DNA of 64,000 nucleotides from Trypethelium eluteriae (Eukaryota): assembly GCA_051942245.1 (NCBI GenBank), contig JAVECL010000056.1, positions 1 to 64,000 on the forward strand, in the 5' to 3' direction. The notes under the pieces are model-generated. The model did no database searches. It had not been told where the DNA came from and saw only the letters and a program-made list of their open reading frames with translations. This document shows positions 12,218 through 25,711 of the stretch, in pieces. The position numbers were made by a program, and so were the translations under genes. The first letter of the stretch is position 1, and each line of letters starts with the position of its first letter.

Positions 12218-13832
12218 TCAGGCCTTCGCGATCCAGCCATTGTGTACGAAAAAGTCGAAGAGCCTTCCACCCTTATTTACATCGATCTTGCATAGATCTC
12301 GCGCTGCCTTCTTCTTCAAACTGCCACCTTGCTTGGTCGCTTCCCTAAACATCGTCTCCTTGATCGCCATATACGGCTTTGGCATGATTCGTAGGTCGCT
12401 GCAAAGCTTTCGTTCCTCTTGCGACAATATGTGTAGGTCAGGCGCATTTTCGTTTGTGAGTCTGAGCGGAACGGTGCCGGGCAGAGGGTTGGATTGAAAT
12501 TTTGGTCGATTTGGTTGAGGGGTGAGAGTGCCATTGGCGGTACCGTTGGCAAGAGTACGATCACTATTCGGTGAAAGTGAACTTGGAGGCGTTTGCATGC
12601 CATTCAGTGGCCGTGACGGTATATCTGGTCCGTTTAATGCCGAGGTTGTCGATTGCTGTTCACTAGGAGCTGTAGGCTTCGCAGCTCGGTTGCTTGCCAA
12701 CCTCTCAAAAGTGGTACCTGGGATCGGTCTTACAGCACGTTGTGCCTTTTCGGTCTCGTATTTTTCACCGGACTTGAGATCTCCAATCTGAACATGACGC
12801 CACTCCTGAAGCTGGGCAATGGCTTGCCGAAGATTCTGCTCATACTCTAGCCCCTTGCAGAATTCTACAAAATCATCATGCTTCATCATTCTGGCAAAGG
12901 GCTTCGCCCGGTTGATAAGGTCCCGCTCCTCCTTGGATCGTTTCTTGTCTTGATTGACATTCTTGCGATATTCGAGTAACTGATGCTCGAAAAGGACTTT
13001 CTTACGCTCCACTCGAGCAGTGAGTCTCGCATTGTAGATATCCATCACGGTCATTTTCAGCTCCATCTCAGGTTCCAACTCTCCCGTACTTGGATCCTTG
13101 ACGCCGTCCCCCGGCTCGAATTGCATATGTTGAACGGCCTCTTCGGCATCATTGAACACCAGCTCTGTCTCAAATTCTAACCGGCCAGGCATAAACCCCT
13201 GCACTTCATGACACGCTGGAACACTGGCAGTTGGTTTCTGTTTGGGGGTTGCAGGAGTTGCGTTCTTCGCAGCTTCCTTTCTCTGCTCTATTCGCCGCTT
13301 TTTATTAGCCTGGAACTCCTCGCGCGGTATCTTGTTGATGTAGGTTCGGTCTTCCGGAGCAGCATGTTCAGGTAGTGGGAACGTGTGACTCTGGACATAA
13401 GTATCATAATAATGATCCCGAACTTCATCTTTGGTCCTGTAGCCACCTATATGGTCGGCAACATCGGCCCATGAGCCCAACCCGTATGTTTCCGCACCTT
13501 CTAAGAGGAGGAGTTCCTCATCTGCACCCCAGTCGGGTTGGAATATGGGGATTGAATGTTGTTCAATGACTTGATATTGATGCGTTCGAGGATCATGCTC
13601 ACGAGTCGCCTTCCCTTCGGAGAAACAAGTCACGCAAAGGTCGTAATCTGGGCACACGGAAGTATTGGCGCAGCGGATACGCACCTTGGAATGACTGTCA
13701 GCATAGAAGCTTTGCATACGACGCAAAGGAGAGGCATACTGTGGAGGTAATGTCCGCAGAGCAGCTATCACAGACATATTTGACGCCTCCCTCAGTGCCT
13801 CGAACGGCCGTCTTCTTCTTTATCATGCCCAT
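12218..13832 (-). CDS. ADA2: SAGA/ADA complex transcriptional adapter 2
   Basis: Exon 1 [31 protein letters not shown], intron 13739-13685, then ZZ finger, SANT ([29 protein letters not shown]), [10 protein letters not shown] and C-terminal SWIRM ([14 protein letters not shown]). Confidence 0.96.
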
Positions 13833-14409
13833 CTCGAATGATGGACTGGAGGTTAGCGGTGTGAGTGAGTGTAAAGGGTTGGTTGTGGTAGTGTGAGAAT
13901 GATAGGCAGTAGTTATATGAGGCTAACTTCTGGCGGACCCTCTGCGGGGCGCCCGCGAGAGGATATACCTTAGGCTGGCTAGCAGCTCATGTGCGAGTGT
14001 AGTGTCCTTACAGGAGCTGATGGTACATACAGGTCAGCGGGCCTGACAGTGAGCACCGGCGGTTAATGCAGGTTCCTGCAGGTCATGGATCGTTGCTGGG
14101 CTGAGATCCGACGGTGACCCTTGCGCAACGGCCCTGAACTTTAGTTAGACCTCTTGCACGACACTGCCTCGTCAGCGTCATTACTGAACCGAATCCCACT
14201 CCGTGTTCTACTTTCAGCACACTAACCTTATCCTTTCGGCGTGGTCAGCGTATCCTGCAGGTGGAGGACACGCGTGCTCTGCTTTTTTTCCTTATCCCTG
14301 ACCCTGCGATCTTGAGCCTCCATCACTCCAGGAGGGGCAAGTCCATCAGCGGTGAATCTCGTCCGCGACACCTCCTGTCTGCTACCAATAATCCAAGTCG
14401 GGGTCCAAG

Positions 14410-16601
14410 ATGTCGTGGAAACTTACCAAGAGTATGCTACTGCTCGGAGTTGCATTGTCTTCGAGTCTTATCGCTAACATCTCTCAGAATTAAAAGAAAC
14501 GCATCTGGCCCCTTTGGCGAATAGCTTCTCACGCTCATCGTCGACATCTACAATCGTGCCAGACAGTGCTAAAGAGCAAGATAGTGGCGCCACTTCGCCA
14601 GCCCCAACGGCTGATCCAAATGGCATTGGTACTTAATCACATCTACCACTTGGCCAGTGCTAATAGACCACATAGCTGCATCAGAAGCCGCTGCCGCACC
14701 ACCTCCCCCCCCATTGAAACCGGGTATTCTGATCGTTACATTGCATGAAGGCAAAGGATTTGCACTACCGCCAGGCGCTGAACAGGCATTTGGCTCTCGT
14801 CATGGCAACTCCATATCCCAAGGTGGGGCCGGATTTTCCGTTGCTGGGTCTGTGCGACCAGGCTCAAGAGATCAGGGAGGGGTAGCAGGTTCCTATGGGG
14901 GATCCAATCGACCTCAGTCTTCAGCCGGAGGGATCAATGCCGCACCTTCAATCCACGGTCGATACTCCTCGAAATATCTTCCATATGCTCTTGTCGACTT
15001 TGATAAACAACAGATCTTCATCAATGCTGTCTCAGGCACACCAGAGAATCCGGTATGGGCGGGCGATAACACACAATACAAATTCGATGTTTCACGAATG
15101 ACCGAAATCTCGCTTTCTCTGTACATTCGAAACCCGAATGCTCCCCCAAATGCTGGTAGGAATCAAGACATATTCATCGGCACATGCAAAGTTACACCGC
15201 GCTTCGAGGAGACACAGGCATATGTGGAAGACCCAAAACTGAGCAAAAAAGATCGTGAAAAGGCAGCAGCTGCCTTTGCAGAACAAGAGAAGGGTCTAGG
15301 TCATGCTGGAGCCCATTGGGTCGACGTTGCTTACGGCTCTGGCCACATCAAAGTTGGTGTTAAATTCGTGGAGAATCGCCAGCGATCTCTCAAGATTGAA
15401 GACTTTGAACTTCTCAAAGTTGTTGGGAAGGGAAGTTTCGGCAAGGTCATGCAAGTCCAGTATGTTACTGCATGACTATATACGTTGATCCCATTTTCTG
15501 ACTATCAATCACAGAAAGAAAGACACGCACCGAATCTATGCATTGAAGACCATTCGGAAGGCTCACATTATTTCACGATCGGAAGTTGCACACACTCTTG
15601 CCGAGCGTTCGGTGCTTGCCCAAATAAACAATCCCTTCATAGTACCGCTCAAGTTCTCTTTTCAGTCACCCGAAAAATTATACCTCGTTTTGGCCTTTGT
15701 CAACGGGGGTGAATTGTTCCATCACCTGCAAAGGGAGCAACGTTTTGACATCAATCGATCTCGATTTTACGCTGCGGAACTCCTTTGTGCGTTAGAATGT
15801 CTTCACGGCTTCAACGTCATCTATCGAGATTTGAAGCCCGAGAACATTCTCCTTGATTATACCGGTCACATTGCGTTGTGCGATTTCGGTCTTTGCAAAC
15901 TAGACATGAAGGACGAAGACAAGACCAACAGTAAGTATCCGATGCCTTTGTGTGAACCATCACTAAAAATGTCCAAGCCTTTTGTGGCACTCCTGAATAC
16001 CTGGCCCCCGAGCTTCTCCATGGCACTGGCTACACGAAGACGGTCGATTGGTGGACGCTCGGAGTGCTCCTTTATGAAATGCTGACAGGACTACCGCCTT
16101 TTTACGATGAGAATACGAACGACATGTACCGAAAGATTCTCACAGAGCCTCTACATTTCCCGGGGCCAGAAATCGTACCACCAGCCGCACGAGATCTCTT
16201 AGCACGGCTGTTAGACCGGGACGCGAACAAGCGTCTGGGAGTGAATGGCGCTGCTGAGATTAAGGCGCACCATTTCTTCCACAGCATTGATTGGCGAAAG
16301 CTTCTCGATCGGAAATATGAGCCAAGCTTCAAGCCCAACGTAGTAAGCACTCAAAAAATTCAAACACTGCGTCGTGGTACAAGCGGCAGCTGACATTTCA
16401 TAGTCGGACGAGAGAGATACGGCAAACTTTGATCGAGAGTTTACGTCTGAAGCGCCGACAGACTCTTACGTAGAGGGGCCGATGCTCTCACAAACAATGC
16501 AACAGCAATTCGCAGGTTGGTCCTACAACCGGCCCGTGGCTGGGCTCGGTGATGCTGGTGGTAGCGTTAAAGACCCTTCTTTCGACGAGGTGACTGGTTG
16601 A
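14410..16601 (+). CDS. YPK1: AGC Ser/Thr kinase Ypk1/YpkA/Gad8
   Basis: N-terminus MSWKLTKKLKETHL, C2-like region, GKGSFGKV, YRDLKPEN, DFGLCK, FCGTPEYLAPE, hydrophobic motif QQQFAGWSYNRP; five introns. Confidence 0.96.
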
Positions 16602-17204
16602 GCAAACGGCTCTTCTGATACGTAGCAACGACATGAACGAGAGGTGCGATTGACGAGCTCATGGGGATCTGGGAGCCAAGCGCTGCTTCATTTCAATGCC
16701 AGCTAGTATAGCATGGGCGGATCGAGATCATCTTGGTGTCAAATACTCATTGCAGCTGGAATGCATACTGGCAGTGGAGCAACGGTGTTAGCAGAGGATC
16801 AGATCATGTAGATACATCAGTCTCAAGGGGACAGAATGCTACAAAATTTGAGGGTCTTTCGGAAGCCAATTCTTTTGCAACTAATCCACCGCTGAGGTAT
16901 CTATCCGTCTTCTTCCGAGAAAAGCCTCGAGGCCGAACCCAAAAGAGGCTCGTCGAGATCATCCACGCTTAGAAAGATACATTACAGTAGAGGAGGCAAG
17001 CTGACTGATACGTGGTGCCGGGATGACCAGCGGATGATGAGATGGTGAAGACCTGGGATCTGCCCCACCAACCGCCCCACCAAATTTCCAACTCAACTGC
17101 TTGGGCATCCTAGCTGAGCTTCACTCACTACTTGACCTGCATCACCCTCAAATTTATCTTGACTTCATCAATTGACCTTGGAGTTTCCATACAAAATCAC
17201 CAGA

Positions 17205-19332
<2,128 letters not shown>

Positions 19333-19449
19333 TAAGTCAGCCCGGTCCTGGCACTTTTTACAGACGTCTGAGTGGGTCGACTTATGAATTGAAAGGAACA
19401 AAGAAAACTTGGCATATGATCTTGCTTCAACCAAACCAAGAAAAACCAT

Positions 19450-21080
19450 GGCCACGCAACCCAAGTTTCCAAGCGAATCATGAGTTATCGCTATACCTTC
19501 ACAGAGGCATCTACCCTCTTCCCTCCGTTGCCTCAAATGCACACCTTTCGAGCAGTCTACAGCAGGCGTCCACTTTGCTCAAATCGATCTCCCTCCCCCC
19601 TGCGTACAAAGTAACACTCAACCCAGCTTCTCAGACTGTCCCAGTAGTCCCGCCACGCCTCTCCCGACACCGTCCCTATGCTCCCGCCCTCAGCACTAGT
19701 AAGCGCGGTCAGCAGAGGCGGAACCCCCATCGCGCCCTACTTCTCTGTCAAAACTACCGTGGCGACCTCGCTGGAGCCGGTGAGGCTGTAGGATGTCGAA
19801 GTGCAGATTTGGAGTCTCGTTATTGATGTTGCGAAGCTGTGAGAGCGAGCCTCAGAAAATCGAGGAGAAGCAATGTAACGAGCATTTTGGTGTAGCTCTG
19901 GGGAAATGAATGTCGTATCTAGCTGCTGTAGGTGTAATCTTGCTTGCCTGAAAGTTACAGAAGTAATCTCTGAAGAGAGTGAATGGAAGTATCAACCGGT
20001 AGAGACGATCCAAAAACAGAAGGGACGACAATCAGATTGGATGACTGTCCAGGAGAACGTAGTATCTCATGACGGAGAAGATAGAATCCACGGCCTTTGA
20101 AGCCGGACGCTGCTAAGATTTATGTATATACGTATCGATAACCCTACCTGCATCTCGCTAAGCTCAGAGCTGCGGAGCCCATGTGCCTGGAGAGGTTTCC
20201 CAGCCGGTCAATACCCACGTGGGAATGCTCAAAACCGGAGGTGTTGTGAAGGAGTCCGGCAGCAGATTGGTGTACAAGGCTTTAATGCCATTAGAGTACG
20301 ATACGCAGAAAGTGGTCCATGACTTTGAGCACATTTGATTGAGCGCTCGAAGTCTCTTACCGTTCTGAAGAGCCAAAATGACGGTCGACGACAGTTGCAT
20401 TCATGGCTTAAGTTCAGTTGTAATCGGATGACTGATCTCACGGTAGATTTTGATCTCTCCTCGCCGAGCAGCAAGAGTGGCTGATTTGTGTTTCACGGGC
20501 TCCGGTAATTACTAACAGACGTGGCTCCTCGAGGCGTGTCGTTGCTGACTGGATGCGTTGTTGGAAGCCGGCCTCGTCGTTCTTGCCGGCTGGACTGTGG
20601 CACATATCGGCGTCTTCGCTCGAGTAATCCATCTACGAGCTTAGCATGCGTACATAAATGGCTTTGAGCACACAAGACAATCGTCACTAGCAGTAGCATT
20701 TCTCAAGACAGAGACCAGAAAGGATGACCTGAAATGCACAATTATCTACGATGCTGGTGAGTCCGGTAAGATGTCCTTCAGAAGGGGCCGGATGGCATAC
20801 TCTACATTATCTCAGCAGCAAGCTGGCCAACAAGTTTCTTTCCGACCTACCATACCAGCGTGATCTCGGCGGCCGGGGGGACAGCTCAGGATCGCATATC
20901 AACGATAGCCTCCGCGAGTCTTGTATGCTCACTGAGGTTCTAGTCACTCTACGGACTAGAAACTTCAGAGAACTTGCTCGACGCGACTCTGGCGAGTCTC
21001 TATCGTATGAGCCAGGGGAGGCCACCATGAAAGCTCTTGAACTGAAGGTCTTGGATACTCGGTGGGAGTTCTCAGCGATC
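19450..21080 (-). pseudogene. Probable decayed gene(s), family unknown
   Basis: Only short protein-like fragments in shifting minus-strand frames with stops (e.g. AVDSIFSVMRYYVLLDSHPI*LSSLLFLDRLYRLILPF). Confidence 0.25.
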
Positions 21081-21133
21081 TGATATCGTCGTATCGTGCA
21101 AGAATCATAAAGGCTGGATTTGTTGCAAGTTCT

Positions 21134-22048
21134 TCAACCAGGCTTCCCCCAGGGCGAATGTCTTGGTCTGTCCTCCGCTCTCCCAATTACAACAGGTCCA
21201 TAGCGAACGATGTGAGCAACGAAATCCTGCTTAGTATACTGCTTCCGAAAATACGTTTCGCGTTCGGTGGATTCGCTACATCCGAAGCAATAGAGGCCCC
21301 ATCTAGCCACTGTGCAAGGGAGCTCTAAGTAAGGTGCAGTAACAATAGCCATGAAGCGACGAGGATCGTTACAAAAGCGATCACTTTTCTCACGGACCGA
21401 TGTGGTTGTTTGGACTGCCTGCACAGCTTCTCGGTCCCATAACGTTAACCTATCGCGACACAGTTGGCCGTTATCTGCGTATCGGCCACGAACGCCTTGA
21501 ATATGCGGTTGCTTTTTCAGCTCCTTCCTTGAACGCGTTGTGATTATAGACGCTTGTATTCCCTTTACTGGTAAGAATAGTTTATTCTCTGTGAAACAGG
21601 TATGACAGACTCGTAAACAAGTAATGAGATAGAGGTATCCACCGAAGTCCCCGCACGTTCTGCACCTTGAATCGCAGAGCGACTTGAACAGCGTCCTAAG
21701 GTCGAAGTATGTAGCCCCTGTGCTTATAATACCGCGCAAGATATCCGGACAGTATCTGAATATTATTTGGTATTGCGGTATCGAGTCGACCACTTGCATG
21801 CCACGATTATTGACCCGGCGAAAGACAGTCAAGGAAAGAATATCGAGGCAGAGAATGATATCGGTGAGAATTTCCAGGGGCAGAATGCTTAAGCGGCCTA
21901 GGTCTCGTACCGGGTTTACTACATGTCGGCCATTGTCGAGAGGACAAGTGCGAATAAGATCATTATCGCCGAGGGTGTGGTCTGGCATTGAAAGATGTTG
22001 ACGAGTCCAGCTCCCAATAGGTTCAGGTGTGAGGGATTCTATATCCAT
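21134..22048 (-). CDS. F-box domain protein with Cys-rich (putative Zn-binding) C-terminal region
   Basis: 304-aa ORF with F-box motif LGRLSILPLEILTDIILCLDILSLTVFRRVN, plus CRTCGDFGGYLYLITCLRVCHTC and CFGC. Confidence 0.85.
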   Translation of the reverse strand: MDIESLTPEPIGSWTRQHLSMPDHTLGDNDLIRTCPLDNGRHVVNPVRDLGRLSILPLEILTDIILCLDILSLTVFRRVNNRGMQVVDSIPQYQIIFRYCPDILRGIISTGATYFDLRTLFKSLCDSRCRTCGDFGGYLYLITCLRVCHTCFTENKLFLPVKGIQASIITTRSRKELKKQPHIQGVRGRYADNGQLCRDRLTLWDREAVQAVQTTTSVREKSDRFCNDPRRFMAIVTAPYLELPCTVARWGLYCFGCSESTERETYFRKQYTKQDFVAHIVRYGPVVIGRAEDRPRHSPWGKPG

Positions 22049-23394
22049 TCTGGCAATTACCAGCTGAAATTCTCGATCTTAAAACTCATAAGGTACTTAG
22101 AATATCGGAGACAGTGGTCGATGATAAAATGTTGCTCAAAAACTGAGCTCCGGCCTGCTGAGTCGGCTTAGTCGTACTTCCGGAAGGCTTGAGCCGCCAC
22201 AGATCTGGTAACCTCGACCAGCACCACACTGAAGCAAAGCTTTGAGGTCCTGGGAAACCCGACCCAGAGATACTGCCGACTGCGTCCTACTCTCATTTTC
22301 GAGCGATTTGGTACCGAGAATCGCCCGGAGAGGCCCGGCGGGGCCCCGCCAAGCCTTTTAAACTCAGAAAATGGCACCGACGGACCCCAATAGCGAACGA
22401 CCAGCGACACCTCCAGAACCTCCCCCAGCAGCGTTACGGCGCTGCCGCACTTGAAAAGCGGATTTGAAGGTCTTCGAAGCGTCGCAGGCACTGGGAATAG
22501 CATCTACGATGCAGCGCGCCCTGAAACCCCGAATACTCCATAGCCAAACGTAGCGCACGCACTATATCCGTTGACTACGAACCCGGCAGAACCACAACAC
22601 CTGGCGCGTATTCTACAGAGCACCCATTCCAAGGTGGAAAATACCTCCAATAAGGCCACAGTGCCAGAGCTTGCCCTCACGACGACAATGTGGAACAGCG
22701 CTTTACAACGAAGACCTTACTCATTGCTCGATTTTTTGTTTGGAACTCCAGCATGGCTGCGATACAGAAGTCTCGTGAAGGGCCGCCGAGATACCATTGT
22801 ATCAATGCTTCTCGAATTGCGGGGAGAATATACTTTCCCAGATTGCACCAAGTCGTTGGGAGGCTCAAGGATTATCCGGAAAGAGTGGCAATTCATGGGA
22901 ATGGTCAGAGATGTCGAATTGTCTTCGTACATTTCTTGAGGTCACGCGAAACTCGTACGATATCATATTGATCATCGATTGATTGGACGAATTTCAAGGT
23001 GATCGCTCCGCATTGATTACTTAATAGGAACGTTTTCCGACTTCTCACACGTCAGAATGTGCGTATCCAGCTGTCCTTAAATCGTCTTTGAAGATGCGTA
23101 CAGAGGAAAATCAAGCCTCAGAATAGAGGATTCAAGCTGTCCCGACTTTCGTCTATCAATATCTGATGCACTCAATGAAAGACAAGCTGTGCTGGACACT
23201 ACGATTGTATATATAGAGATGAGTCCCGCTTGAGAGCTCCTAGCTCAGAAAGGCGCCACGAAGGCCAAAGACTACCTGAGCTTTCAGCAATGATCATTCG
23301 GGGCAAGATCAATGTCGGCTAATGCATCACTGACTGAGGTCTTACCGTATTAAACTCATCATACCACTAGATTTATACCGACGTCATCGAAAGC

Positions 23395-25164
23395 TCATAT
23401 CAAATGGATGATCTGAGCTGTGGACTCTGGCTTCACTTCCAAGGCTTCTCCATGCATTAAGCCGTGCATATAGCACTCACCCAGGAATTGGTAACGACTG
23501 TCAGCTGCCGCACGGACAACATATAAAGTTTGGCCTCCCCATAACACGCAGACAGTATCACCCGTCTTACTTGCATCTGGAACAATACCCATGAACCCAT
23601 CCTCGGTGGATGCAAGGCGTCTACCGAAGCAGACTTGGTTGATGACCACGTCAAATCCATGCCTAAAATTGTATCGTTCAGGGTCGAGCTTGTCAATTGG
23701 CTCACGCTATAAGGTCCAGTCTACACACGCTCCTATTTTTCGTGGCTCATATTGCACGTTAGCTATGATCGTGGGTCGGAAAGCCTCGTCCAGCGACTGA
23801 TTCGTCGGCACATATACCCTGGTGCTTGCATTTGCTGGAGTCCATTGTTTGGCTTCTGTGACTTGATCTACCGGCTCTTCGCAGATTGGTGACAGTGAGA
23901 TGATCTTGTCAATTATCATTCCAGTGACCGTCAGCTTTCCTCCGGAGATCTGGTAAACAGGATGCCCATGCTTTCCTGCAGCGCAGAATAGAGGGTTGGT
24001 TTGCTTCCTGGTTTGCCCGAGGAGGGACGGAGGCTGTACTTTGATACGGTCCCGCCAATCCGGAATCCAGGTCGGTAATGTATCTTCTTCACATTCCCTT
24101 TGCATTCGCTTCGAGTCCTCGACCGGAAGGGAGACATGCCCTAGAAAACCCAAGTCTGCATATCGGGCAAGATAGAAGCTAACAACACTTTCATAAATAT
24201 CTTGCACAGACCCCGAGTAGTCCACGGGAACATCATCATGGTTGACATCGGTCGCTAGGTTGCAGGGAGCAAACACTTTATCCCGACTGTTGGTGCACGT
24301 CGTATTTCTGAATGTGCTCAGGAGGTGTATAAGTTCTGTCTCGTGCTCTCTCACGAAAGTTCTATCAAGGTTTCGCATTGAGATCAGTCTCCATGCATCG
24401 CTCGGTCCGATGGCTCTGGCAAAGCGCTGCTCAACGGCCGGTAGAAGTGAAGAATGATACGCAAAGTAACAAGCCGCAGCAAGATAGACTCTGTCAAACG
24501 ACTGGTCACCGCAGAAAAAAAAGGTCTTGGGTGGGCCGGTGGCTTCTTGTTGTACCCACGTCCGGCCCCAATACCTATTGTCGAATATTTTCAACAGGCC
24601 CAACCATCCCTTGTAGGTGTCAGTATTGGGAACCGGGTAAAGATTAGGATTATCAGCCGGTAGTCCAGTGGTGACTTTGTCCATGTCATCAGTGTTCTTC
24701 TCTAAGCCTTCCCTAAGCGCGAGATTGAACCGACCCATCAATGCTATGGCTTGCATATGTTCCTCCTCATTGGGCGGTATACCTAGCCAGCCAAAGACTA
24801 CTCTAGCGCCTTCATAGATAGCTTTCATCATTCGAACTTGGTTACTTCGCTCAACGATATCTTCTTGATTGATGCAAAGGGCGTCGATGAAAATGTAGCC
24901 ATCATGCCTTTGAACTACTGGAAGTAGGTGTCGTAGAGCATCATGAAGATTCTCCTGAACCACAACTTCCTTGTCACATAGCGTGATGCTATATTTTGCA
25001 GAAAGAGGCCTCTCTTTGCGATTCGCCGCTCTGCCCCATGTATACGAAAGCGCAACATAACTAGGATGTTTCACAGGATCATGCACCTCCAACGAAGTGC
25101 GGATTTGGCCATCGCGCTGAGGTCGCAAGAGGCGAAATTGATCTGCACGTAGTGGCTGATGCAT
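23395..25164 (-). CDS. HET-domain (het-6-like) heterokaryon incompatibility protein with one in-frame TAG at 23709-23707
   Basis: HET motifs YVALSYTWG, NLHDALRHL, IFIDALCINQEDIVERSNQVRMMKAIY, YWGRTWVQQE, RDKVFA, LPTWIPDW. The frame continues past the TAG into the het-6-type tail GRRLASTEDGFMGIVP...GDTVCVLWGG...YQFLGECYMHGLMHGE. Confidence 0.88.
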
Positions 25165-25711
25165 GCGAGCGTGTCATCTCTCCTGTCGTTGACTGGACAC
25201 TCAAAAGGAGAATTAATTTCCTGATGCGGCACAGAGTGTGCCTGATGATGTAAGCCTATCTGTTCGCCTCCAAACTCCGAAGTCTCGTTGCGAGCGAGCT
25301 GCGTTGGCGATCGATATTGCAACCGGTTACATCAAGCAGGTTTGAAGACCAATTGCTAGGTTCCATGCCGGCCTGGGATATTCTAGATTCAAATCGTTTA
25401 TCGTGCTTTGGTAGCAATGGTGCAAATCATTACGGAGTACAATATCATTCAATAGGTCTCGCCCTTTTCAATTATTTATTCCCCATATTTAGCGGACCAG
25501 GTCCTTGGCCGAGGCCGAACGAGAGACATGCTGATTGGCTAATCGTTCAGCTCGCACTACACTAAAGCCGACCGCGAGGAATGTACGGATATATTCCGCC
25601 CCTATTACTACAACCAAACGTCATCGTAGAGGAATTATATAGGCACTACCATGACATCCCCAGGCTTCGACAGCGGAAAAAGAGCTCAGGAACTCCATCA
25701 TTGCCTCGAAT

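Noticed and set aside
22571..22982. Short ORFs between the F-box and HET genes (faint ankyrin-like IVSMLLE)
   Set aside because: Too short and without convincing motif or splice support.
23700..23820. An intron removing the HET in-frame TAG (a GCTAAC lies nearby)
   Set aside because: The GCTAAC falls in conserved-looking coding sequence (EAFRPTIIAN), its first AGs lie before the stop, and no good donor/acceptor pair of plausible length spans the TAG.
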